Shown in pieces: positions 39,749 through 47,550 of a stretch of 64,000 nucleotides of DNA. Source of the stretch: Terriglobales bacterium (GTDB taxonomy: Bacteria; Chloroflexota; Dormibacteria; Dormibacterales; Dormibacteraceae); the NCBI GenBank assembly GCA_035638495.1, contig DASQZW010000251.1:33452-97451 (forward strand). The letters run 5' to 3'. Numbering within the stretch: the stretch's first letter is position 1; each line of letters opens with the position of its first letter. The notes below the pieces were generated by a model. It was given only the letters and a program-made list of their open reading frames with translations, was not told the DNA's origin and did not search any database. Position numbers and translations under genes: made by a program.

Positions 39749-40163
39749 TCACCCCGCCAGAAGCCGGCGGTCGACCCCGACTGCCGCGTACGTCGCGGCC
39801 GCCCGGCGATCGCGTGAGACCAGCGTCAGGCCGGCTCGACTGGCGACCGTTGCGATGAAGGCGTCGAACACCGCGCCACCGACGATGCCGAGCTCGGGCG
39901 CCTGCTCGACCAGCGCCCAGTATTCGTCGGGCGGCAGGCTCACCAGCGCGCCCGGAAGAGACTCAGGGAGCGTTTCCGCGACCGTGCGGGGGCGGCGAGC
40001 GCCGATACGGTCGAACTCGCGTCAGCACATGGTAGGCCTCGAGCGCGACATGCGCAATCAGCCGCAGCTCGCCGGCCTCCTCGATGACTGCGGCCGCCTG
40101 CTCGTGCGGTTCGTGACTCGTGTCGAGCGCCGGGATGACGACGCTGCCGTCGGGCGTCAGCAT
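39749..40163 (-). pseudogene. vapC: PIN-domain VapC-like toxin with a frameshift at a G5/C5 run (39988-39992)
   Basis: The N-terminal half (IPALDTS...IAHVALEAYHVLTR) and the C-terminal half (LPPDEYWALV...GGAVFDAFIATVASRAGLTLVSRDRRA) are in different frames. Span 415 nt = 3n+1. Confidence 0.7.
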
Positions 40164-40331
40164 CAGTCGCTCCGGCGAGCGTCCGGGTCACGTGAACGAT
40201 CGATGGCATCGCGGACCTCGGTGTCGGTCAGCTGTGGGACGGATCCGTCCGACCTTGTCGATCCGCGCCTTCATGACGCGCTCACGTACCACTGCCACAT
40301 GCCATGGATGAGTGGCAGTCCAATGTGCCAT
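40163..40331 (-). pseudogene. Ribbon-helix-helix (CopG/VapB-like) antitoxin remnant with a frameshift
   Basis: HVAVVRERVMKARIDKVGRI lies in one frame. SVPQLTDTEVRDAIDRSRD lies in another and ends in a TGA overlapping the toxin ATG (TGATG). Span 169 nt = 3n+1. Confidence 0.5.
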
Positions 40332-40341
40332 TCCTGAGCGA

Positions 40342-40725
40342 TCAGCCGAGCACGGCCTCGGCCTCGATCTCGACCTTCCAGCGCGGGTCGAGCAGGCCCG
40401 CCACCACCACCATGGTGCTCGCCGGACGCACCGCGCCGAAGACGCGGCCGTGTTCGGCTCCGACCGCGCCGGCGTCCGCGCGATCGGTCAGGTACATCCG
40501 CGTCCTGACCACGTGCTCTGGCCGGGCGCCGGCCTCCGCCAGCGCGGCCACGATGATCTCCAGGCAGCGGGCGGCCTGCACCCCCACGTCGGGGTCGCAC
40601 GAACCGTCCGGCCAGACCGGGGCGGTGCCCGCTACCACCACACGGTCGCCTGCGCGCACCGCGCGGCTGAAGCCGATCCGCGGCTCGAACGGCGAGCCCG
40701 ACGCCACCAATTTGCGTTCGACCAT
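40342..40725 (-). CDS. RidA/YjgF/UK114 family protein
   Basis: 127 aa: GFSRAVRAGDRVVVAGT...VRTRMYLTD...PASTMVVVAGL...VEIEAEAVL. Confidence 0.8.
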   Translation of the reverse strand: MVERKLVASGSPFEPRIGFSRAVRAGDRVVVAGTAPVWPDGSCDPDVGVQAARCLEIIVAALAEAGARPEHVVRTRMYLTDRADAGAVGAEHGRVFGAVRPASTMVVVAGLLDPRWKVEIEAEAVLG

Positions 40726-40737
40726 GGTGAGTACCCT

Positions 40738-42120
40738 ATGCGGATGCTCGACCAGGTGCTCGAACGCGCTCGAGGGCGGCGCGCCGAGGCGGAGGCCGCC
40801 CTATTCGAACTGATCTCGATCCCCAGCGTGTCCGCGCTTCCCGATCATCGCGACGACTGCCGGAGGGCGGCCGAGTGGGTGGCCTCCCGGCTGCGCGCGG
40901 CCGGGATGGAGGCGCGACTGGTCGACGTCCGCGAGGGCGGGCACCCGGTCGTCGTGGCGGAATGGCTCGGCCGGCCCGGGGCGCCCACCCTGACCATCTA
41001 CGGCCACTACGACGTCCAGCCGCCGGACCCGCTCGACGAGTGGCGCACGCCGCCCTTCGAGCCCACCGTCAGGGAGGGCTTCGTCTACGGCCGGGGCGCC
41101 GACGACAACAAGGCGCAGCACCTGGCCGGGATCCTGGCGATCGACCACTGGTTCGCGAGCGGCGGCCCGCCCGTGAACCTCCGCTTCCTGGTCGAGGGCG
41201 AGGAGGAGATCGGCGGCCGCAGCCTGCCCGACTACGTGCGGGCCAACGCGACCGACCTCGCTGCCGACTACCTGATCGTGGCGGACGGCAGCTTCGTCGC
41301 GCCCGGGCAGCCGGTCCTGGTCACGGGCCTGCGGGGGCTGCTCTACACCGAGATCGAGGTGGTCGGGCCGGCCGTCGACCTCCACTCGGGCATCTTCGGC
41401 GGCGTGGCGCCCAACCCGTTCAACTCGCTGGCCCACGTGCTGGCCGGCCTCAAGGACCGCGACGGGAAGGTCCGGATCCCGGGCTTCTACGACGACGTCG
41501 AGCGGCCCACCGCGGAAGAGCTGCGCGACTGGGAGAGCCTGCCCATTACGGCCGACGAGCAGCGGCAGGCGATGGGCGTGACGGAGCTGGCGGGCGAGCC
41601 GGGCTACTCGCTGCTGGAGCGGAAGTGGACAAGGCCGACCCTCGACGTCCACGGCGTGATCGGCGGGTTCACCAGCGCCGGCGCCAAGACGGTGATCCCG
41701 GCGCGCGCGACCGCGAAGGTGTCGATGCGCCTGGTGCCCAGGCAGGATCCGGCGAGGGTGCTGGCCGGCCTGCGCGAGGCGGTCGCCGCGCTCGCCACAC
41801 CGGGCACCCGCGCGGCCGTGCGCGAGATCAGCTCGTCCGCCGCCGTCCTCATGGACACCGACCACCCCGGCGTCCGCGCCCTGCGGCGGGCGTTCGCCGC
41901 GTCGTTCGGCGCCGAGCCTGTGCTCATGCGGGAGGGCGGCTCCGTGCCCGTCACGGTCGAGTTCCAGTCCGCGCTCGACGCGAAGCTGCTCGTCACGGGC
42001 TTCGGGCTCCCCGACGACGGCCTGCACTCGCCCAACGAGCGCATGAGCCTGGACCAGTACCATCGATCCGTCGAGACGATGATCCACCTGCTGCATGAGC
42101 TCGCTGTCGCAGAGCGCTGA
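40738..42120 (+). CDS. M20 family dipeptidase (paralogue of 38345..39718)
   Basis: YGHYDVQPPDP, GADDNKA and LVEGEEE. Alignable along its whole length with the first copy. The ATG lies only 12 nt from the divergent RidA start. Confidence 0.85.
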   Translation: MRMLDQVLERARGRRAEAEAALFELISIPSVSALPDHRDDCRRAAEWVASRLRAAGMEARLVDVREGGHPVVVAEWLGRPGAPTLTIYGHYDVQPPDPLDEWRTPPFEPTVREGFVYGRGADDNKAQHLAGILAIDHWFASGGPPVNLRFLVEGEEEIGGRSLPDYVRANATDLAADYLIVADGSFVAPGQPVLVTGLRGLLYTEIEVVGPAVDLHSGIFGGVAPNPFNSLAHVLAGLKDRDGKVRIPGFYDDVERPTAEELRDWESLPITADEQRQAMGVTELAGEPGYSLLERKWTRPTLDVHGVIGGFTSAGAKTVIPARATAKVSMRLVPRQDPARVLAGLREAVAALATPGTRAAVREISSSAAVLMDTDHPGVRALRRAFAASFGAEPVLMREGGSVPVTVEFQSALDAKLLVTGFGLPDDGLHSPNERMSLDQYHRSVETMIHLLHELAVAER

Positions 42121-42634
42121 GCTCGAGCAGCTCGGCCGGGACATCGTCGCGGCCTCGTGGCTCGAGGGCGACTTCGTCCTGAGTTCGGGCCGCCGCTCGC
42201 GCTACTACGTGGACAAGTACCTGTTCGAGACCCAGCCCGGCATCCTGCGCCGGGTCGGGCGTCATCTCGGCCACCTGGTGCCGGCGGGGACCGGCCGGCT
42301 GGCGGCGCCCGAGCTGGGCGCGGTGCTCCTGGGCGCTGCGGTCTCGATGGAGCTGGACCTGCCGCTCGTCCTCGTCCGGAAGGAGGCCAAGCAGTACGGC
42401 ACCGGGCGGGCGATCGAGGGCGTGCTCGAGGCGGGAGACCGGGTGACGGTCATCGAGGACGTGATCACGACCGGCGGCGAGGCGATTCGTGCGATCGAGA
42501 AGGTCCGAGCGGCCGGCGCGACCGTGGTCGGATTGGTCGCCGTGCTGGATCGAGAGGAGGGCGGAGCGGAGCAGCTGCACCGGGCCGGCGTGCCGTTCAC
42601 GCCGCTGTTCAGGAAGTCCGATCTCCAGGTTTGA
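42095..42634 (+). CDS. pyrE: Orotate phosphoribosyltransferase
   Basis: GDFVLSSGRRSRYYVD plus the PRPP motif VTVIEDVITTGGE. Overlaps the upstream gene by 26 nt. Confidence 0.85.
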   Translation: MSSLSQSAELEQLGRDIVAASWLEGDFVLSSGRRSRYYVDKYLFETQPGILRRVGRHLGHLVPAGTGRLAAPELGAVLLGAAVSMELDLPLVLVRKEAKQYGTGRAIEGVLEAGDRVTVIEDVITTGGEAIRAIEKVRAAGATVVGLVAVLDREEGGAEQLHRAGVPFTPLFRKSDLQV

Positions 42635-44000
42635 TCTCGTCCTGCGGGGCGGGACCGTCTGCATGCCGGACGGCCTCCGCGAGGCGGACGTCGGCGTCTC
42701 GGCCGGCCTCGTCGAAGCCGTAGGGCCGGGTGCCGGGCCGGCGGCGGACGAGGTCGACGCGCGCGGGCTGCTCGTGCTGCCGGGCGGCGTCGACGCCCAC
42801 GTCCACAGCCGGGACCCCGGCTTCCCCGAGAAGGAGGACTTCGCGTCCCTGACGGCGGCGGCCGCCGCGGGCGGCATCACGACCGTCGTGGACATGCCGA
42901 ACACGGTCCCCGCCGTCGAGAGCGCCGCCGTGTTCGAGCACAAGGCGGAGCTGGCGTCATCGCGGGCGATCGTGGACTTCGCTCTCTGGGGCCTGATGGG
43001 CGCCGCCGCCCGCAGCGAGGACGTGGACGGGCTCATCGACGCCGGCGCGGTCGGCCTCAAGGCCTTCCTGGGCTACGCGATGCGCCGGTCCAACCGGCAG
43101 ATCGTGTACCTGCCCGGCGCGGATGACCCGGACCTGGAGCCGCCGCCCGACTACGGGACGGTGGCCAGGCTGGCGCCCGACCTGGCCCGCCGCGGCGCGC
43201 CGCTTTCCGCGCACTGCGAGGACCCCGGCGTCCTGCGCGCGTTCCACCGCCCGCTGGAGCGGTATCGGGACCTGCTCGCCTCGCGGCCGGCGCTGGCCGA
43301 GGCGGTCGCCATCGCCGCGCTGGGCGTGATCTCGCAGCGGACCGGCCTCGAGGTGCACGTCGTCCACCTGTCCAGCGCGCTCGGCCTGGCGGCCGCGCGC
43401 GACGCCGGCCGGGCCGGCGCCCGGATCGTGCTCGAGACCTGCCCCCAGTACCTCTGGCTCACGGACGAGGTCGCGGAGCGACTCGGCCCCGTCGCGAAGA
43501 TGTACCCGGCCATCCGGACGGCGGCCGACCGGGCGGCGCTGCGCGAGGCGCTGCGGGCCGGCGCCATCCAGCGGGTGGCGACCGACCACGCCCCGCACGC
43601 GGACGCCGAGAAGCTGGGCCAATCGCTGGAGGAGTCGCCGCCCGGCAGCCCCGGCGTGGAGACGCTGTACGTGAGCTGCCTGGAGCTCGCCCGCCGCCAG
43701 GGCGACGTGGCCGCCGCCGCCCGGTGGGTCGCCGAAGCGCCGGCGAGGACGCTGCGGCTGCACCCGCGCAAGGGGGCCATCCAGGCGGGCGCGGACGCGG
43801 ACCTGGTGCTCGTCGACCCCAACGCGGAGACCATCGTCAGCGCGGCCGCGATGCACTCGCGCCAGCGCCACGGCGCGCTGGAGGGGCAGCGGTTCGGCTT
43901 CGCGGTCCGCGCGGTCTACTCGCGCGGGGAGCTGGTCGCCCGCGACGGCGAGCCCGTCGCGCGTCCGGGGCGCGGGCGCCTGGTGCGGCCGGCGCGGTAG
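42621..44000 (+). CDS. Dihydroorotase/allantoinase-like cyclic amidohydrolase; start codon unresolved
   Basis: FDLVLRGG, PGGVDAHVH and ATDHAPH motifs. No ATG/GTG/TTG precedes FDLVLRGG in frame, apart from ATG 42489 far inside pyrE. The codon where a start is expected is AGG (42627-42629). Confidence 0.8.
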   Translation: MSRFDLVLRGGTVCMPDGLREADVGVSAGLVEAVGPGAGPAADEVDARGLLVLPGGVDAHVHSRDPGFPEKEDFASLTAAAAAGGITTVVDMPNTVPAVESAAVFEHKAELASSRAIVDFALWGLMGAAARSEDVDGLIDAGAVGLKAFLGYAMRRSNRQIVYLPGADDPDLEPPPDYGTVARLAPDLARRGAPLSAHCEDPGVLRAFHRPLERYRDLLASRPALAEAVAIAALGVISQRTGLEVHVVHLSSALGLAAARDAGRAGARIVLETCPQYLWLTDEVAERLGPVAKMYPAIRTAADRAALREALRAGAIQRVATDHAPHADAEKLGQSLEESPPGSPGVETLYVSCLELARRQGDVAAAARWVAEAPARTLRLHPRKGAIQAGADADLVLVDPNAETIVSAAAMHSRQRHGALEGQRFGFAVRAVYSRGELVARDGEPVARPGRGRLVRPAR

Positions 44001-44232
44001 GCGGTGGCGGGGGCCTCTTCCCCGGCTTGAGACGCATGGCTCTGCTGCTGCGTCTGGGTGTGCGAGGCCGGCGAAGGGGGCCAGCGGGCTCGCACCGGCT
44101 CGCTTTTAGGTGGTAACTGTACCTCTATAGAACGGAAAGTGGACCAAATGTAGGCCAATCGCCCTATCAAAGTCCTTCGAAAGCGCGATTTGCATACATT
44201 TGGTTCAGTTGAGGGCCAGGTGAAACCCAGAA

Positions 44233-44260
44233 GGGGGACGGTGTTGGCCCACCGGTCCCC
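44233..44260 (-). terminator. Bulged stem-loop followed (on the minus strand) by TTCTGGGTTTCA, downstream of the MBL hydrolase gene
   Basis: GGGGACGGTG / CACC(G)GTCCCC arms, about 85 nt after the stop at 44344. Confidence 0.45.
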
Positions 44261-44343
44261 TTCGCCCGCTCGTCCGCGCGGACACGTCCCTTTCACGATC
44301 GGTCGTCCCCCCCCGCCGCCGGAGTCCCGGGCGCCCGCCGAGG

Positions 44344-44925
44344 TCAGCGCCCGACCGGCTGGAACACCGGGTTCGAGCGAAGTTCGTTGGAGAGGTTGGT
44401 CACCGGCCCGTGGCCCGGGTAGATCGCCGTGCTGACCGGTAGGCGGGCGATCTTCGTGTGGATCGACACGAGCTGGAGGCGCACGTCCGTGTGCGGCCGC
44501 TCCTTGCCGATGCCCCCGGCCAGCAGCGTGTCACCCGTGAACAGGTGGTTCCCGACCAGGAAGCTCAGGCTGCCGGGCGAGTGGCCGGGCGTGTGGATCA
44601 CGCGCAGCGTGAACTGGCCGAACCCGAGCTCCTCCTCGTCGACCAGGTACCGATCGGCCGAGCGGAGGAACGCCTTGGCGTCCGCCATGTGCATCGCGCT
44701 CGTTGCGCCGGTCGCGTCCTTCACGGCGTCCTTGCCCGCCAGGTGGCCGGGATGGCCGTGCGTCGCCAGCACCCAGCGCACGCGCAGCCCGGTGAGCTGG
44801 TCGAGCAGCTTCTCGGCCGGCAGCACCGGGTCGATGACCACCGCCTCGTGCGTGGCCGCGCACGAGACCACGTAGGCGTTGACGTCGTTGTCGCCCTTGA
44901 CCTTGACGATCCCCAGCTTCGCCAC
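44344..44925 (-). CDS. MBL-fold metallo-hydrolase (glyoxalase II-like)
   Basis: THGHPGH in place of the canonical HxHxDH, plus HTPGHSPGS and GDTLL. GTG start with AATAAT 6 nt upstream and no SD, so possibly leaderless. Confidence 0.8.
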   Translation of the reverse strand: MAKLGIVKVKGDNDVNAYVVSCAATHEAVVIDPVLPAEKLLDQLTGLRVRWVLATHGHPGHLAGKDAVKDATGATSAMHMADAKAFLRSADRYLVDEEELGFGQFTLRVIHTPGHSPGSLSFLVGNHLFTGDTLLAGGIGKERPHTDVRLQLVSIHTKIARLPVSTAIYPGHGPVTNLSNELRSNPVFQPVGR

Positions 44926-44942
44926 GGGAGCATTATTGAACG

Positions 44943-45044
44943 ATGCAGGTGGCCGCCGTCGCGTTCGCGATCGTCCTCACGCTGGTCTGCGTGTGGTGGA
45001 CGTTCGGCTACGTGTGGCGGCGCTCGCGTGCCCGGCGCCGCTGA
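44943..45044 (+). CDS. Candidate 33-aa hydrophobic peptide with an Arg-rich tail
   Basis: Too short for the ORF track. MQVAAVAFAIVLTLVCVWWTFGYVWRRSRARRR. 32 of 33 codons end in G/C, like genuine genes here. Sits antisense in the spacer between two minus-strand genes. Confidence 0.35.
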   Translation: MQVAAVAFAIVLTLVCVWWTFGYVWRRSRARRR

Positions 45045-45054
45045 CCCCTGCCTG

Positions 45055-45708
45055 CTACCAGCCGTTCCAGTGCGTGATGCTCTCCAGCGGCAGGCGCGCG
45101 GCCGGCGCGAAGTCCTCGCCCTTGTAGTAGGCGATCGGGGTCAGCCCCGCCTGGGTGTACTCGCCGTAGGGGATGCGCAGGATCTCGGCGACCTCGCGCT
45201 CGTACACGAGGTGGAGCGTCGTGTACGCGGTGCCCAGGCCACGCGCGCGGGCGGCCAGCAGGAAGCTCCAGAAGGCGGGCACGATCGAGCCCCACAGTCC
45301 GGCATGAGCCACGGACGGCGCTCCCTCGGGCACGCGGCCGCGGATGCAGGGGATCAGCAGCCACGGCGCCTCGTGCATGCGCTGCCGCAGGTAGTGGGCG
45401 GAGCTGACCACGCGCGGCTGGTGCTCCCGCCGGACGTCGCCCACGGCGTACTGCGGGCGGGGCAGGGCGCTGTACGCGTCCCAGGACCGCCCGTAGTGAT
45501 CGGCGATCGCACGCTTCCGTTCCGCGTCGTCGACGAACACGAACTGCCACTCCTGGCGGTTGGACCCCGTCGGCGCCTGGACCGCCACGTGCAGGCACTC
45601 GAGCAGCAGTTCGCGCGGGACCGGACGGTCGAAGTCCAGCCGCTTGCGCACGGCGCGGGTCGTGGTGAGCACGTCGTCGGCCGTCAGCACGAGGGGATCC
45701 GCGCTCAT
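45055..45708 (-). CDS. Nitroreductase family protein
   Basis: 217 aa: TTRAVRKRLDFDRPVPRELL...AVQAPTGSNRQEWQFVFV. Confidence 0.8.
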   Translation of the reverse strand: MSADPLVLTADDVLTTTRAVRKRLDFDRPVPRELLLECLHVAVQAPTGSNRQEWQFVFVDDAERKRAIADHYGRSWDAYSALPRPQYAVGDVRREHQPRVVSSAHYLRQRMHEAPWLLIPCIRGRVPEGAPSVAHAGLWGSIVPAFWSFLLAARARGLGTAYTTLHLVYEREVAEILRIPYGEYTQAGLTPIAYYKGEDFAPAARLPLESITHWNGW

Positions 45709-45995
45709 TGACGCTCCTTCTGCAGGCGGTCGCGCAGGGCGTCGTACCGCTCGAACTTCTCCAGCGGCAGGGGCCGCTTGGCCCGCTCCGGGTACTTCGC
45801 GGCGTGGATCGCCTCCAGCAGGAGGTCGATGTCCTCCGCGGTGAGGCCGACGCGGCGCTGGTTGCCGTGCTCGACCACCTCGGTGATCGCATCGGTGACC
45901 TCGACGGTCGGCTCGTCCTCGACCACGCGGGGACGCGCCGTCGGCCGGAAGAGCTCCTCCGAGCCGGCGAGTGTGACGCGTTTGAACTTGCTCAT
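45705..45995 (-). CDS. Hypothetical 96-aa acidic protein encoded immediately downstream of ParA
   Basis: GAGG lies 9 nt upstream of the ATG. The gene begins 10 nt after the ParA stop and overlaps the next gene as ATGA. No family recognised. Confidence 0.6.
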   Translation of the reverse strand: MSKFKRVTLAGSEELFRPTARPRVVEDEPTVEVTDAITEVVEHGNQRRVGLTAEDIDLLLEAIHAAKYPERAKRPLPLEKFERYDALRDRLQKERQ

Positions 45996-46005
45996 GCCGG
46001 AGACC

Positions 46006-46779
46006 TCACGCGTGATTGCTGCTCAGCACCGCCTCCGCGAGGCGACGGTACGCCTGCGCCCCCGCCGAGCCGCTGGCGTACTGGAGGATGGACACCGCCG
46101 CGAGGGGTGACTCCGCGAACCGGATCGAGTCGTTGACGGCGAAGTCGTAGACCAGGTCGCCGAAGTGCTGGCGCACCAGCTCCAGGACCTCCTGCGAGTG
46201 GAGCGTGCGAGCCTTGAAGATCGTGGGCAGGATTCCCGCCACGTGCAGCTTCGGGTTCAACTTGACGCGGACCCGCTCCACGCTGCGCTGGAGCTGTTGC
46301 ATGCCCTTCAGGCCGAAGTACTCGCACTGGAGAGGAATGATCACCTGGTCGGACGCCACGAAGGCGTTGATGGTGATCAGGCTGAGCGCCGGCGGGCAGT
46401 CGATGATCACGAAGTCGTACTGCCGGGTGATGGGCCGGAGCTTCTCCTTGAGGATCGTCTCCCGCCCGATCTCGTTGATCAGCTGGGTCTCGGCCCCGGA
46501 CAGCTCGATGTTGGACGGCATGTAGTGGACGCCGATGAGCGGGTTTTCGCGGACGATCTCGGCCGCCGCCACGTCCGGATGGACGAGGAGGTTGTAGACC
46601 GTCGGCTCCAGCTCGTCGGGCAGCTTGACGCCCATGTTGATGGTCAGGTGCGCCTGCGGGTCGAGGTCGACGAGGAGAACGCGCTGCTCGCGCTCGGCCA
46701 GGGCCGCGCCGAGATTGACGGCTGTGGTGGTCTTCCCCACTCCGCCCTTCTGATTGGCGATCGCTATCGTATTCGCCAC
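46006..46779 (-). CDS. ParA/Soj family partition ATPase
   Basis: IANQKGGVGKTTTAVNLG deviant Walker A, plus LLVDLDPQ and IIDCPP. Confidence 0.9.
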   Translation of the reverse strand: MANTIAIANQKGGVGKTTTAVNLGAALAEREQRVLLVDLDPQAHLTINMGVKLPDELEPTVYNLLVHPDVAAAEIVRENPLIGVHYMPSNIELSGAETQLINEIGRETILKEKLRPITRQYDFVIIDCPPALSLITINAFVASDQVIIPLQCEYFGLKGMQQLQRSVERVRVKLNPKLHVAGILPTIFKARTLHSQEVLELVRQHFGDLVYDFAVNDSIRFAESPLAAVSILQYASGSAGAQAYRRLAEAVLSSNHA

Positions 46780-46869
46780 GCGAATGGCCCCGAGTCTAAC
46801 CGATGGGCGAGACGACTACCATGCTGTGGTTGCCGGCCGCCCGGCCGGCCGGAGAGGGAATCGAGGCTG

Positions 46870-47550
46870 GTGATCATTGACGTCCTGATCGTACTGGTGG
46901 TGGTCGGCGCGGCATGGGTCGGGTTCCAGCGCGGACTGGTGCAGCCGCTCCTTGCTGAGCTGTTCGCGCTCGTCACCGTCCTCGTGATCCTGCACAACCG
47001 TTCGGCCTTCGCGGCGACCACCGACGCCCTCTTCCACACGGGCGCGGTCCTGGCCGTGATCGTCGGGCTGATCCTCGCCGGTCTGACGGGCTACCTGGGC
47101 GCCAGGCTGGGCGGTTCCATCCACCGGATGCCCGTCGTCCGCGGCGTCGACGGCTTCCTGGGGGTGTGGGTGCAGGCGCTGATCGGGATCGCGATCTGCT
47201 ACCTGCTGATCTCGGGCATCATCGTCTCGGACCGCGCGTTCACCGCCTTGACCGCGCCAACGGTCAACGCGGCGCAGCTGCGGACGCTGGAGAACCAGCT
47301 CTCGTCGAACCTGTTCACCTCGACGGTCCTCGACGGTCCCGACGTGCAGACGTTCAACGCGCGCGCGTCGAGGCCGGGCGGCGTTCAGCTCAGCGACGTG
47401 CCGGGCCTCGGGCCGCTCCAGAGCATCTCGCGCGACATCCTGGAGCCGCAGCTGGCCGGCTCGCACCTCGCGCCGTTCGTGATGTCCGTGGGCCACCGGA
47501 TCCCCGGTCTGGGCCCGTTCGGATCCAGGGATCTCCCGAGGCGCCGGTGA
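46870..47550 (+). CDS. CvpA family membrane protein
   Basis: N-terminus IIDVLIVLVVVGAAWVGFQRGLV and four TM segments. GTG start after GGAGAGGGA. Confidence 0.65.
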   Translation: MIIDVLIVLVVVGAAWVGFQRGLVQPLLAELFALVTVLVILHNRSAFAATTDALFHTGAVLAVIVGLILAGLTGYLGARLGGSIHRMPVVRGVDGFLGVWVQALIGIAICYLLISGIIVSDRAFTALTAPTVNAAQLRTLENQLSSNLFTSTVLDGPDVQTFNARASRPGGVQLSDVPGLGPLQSISRDILEPQLAGSHLAPFVMSVGHRIPGLGPFGSRDLPRRR

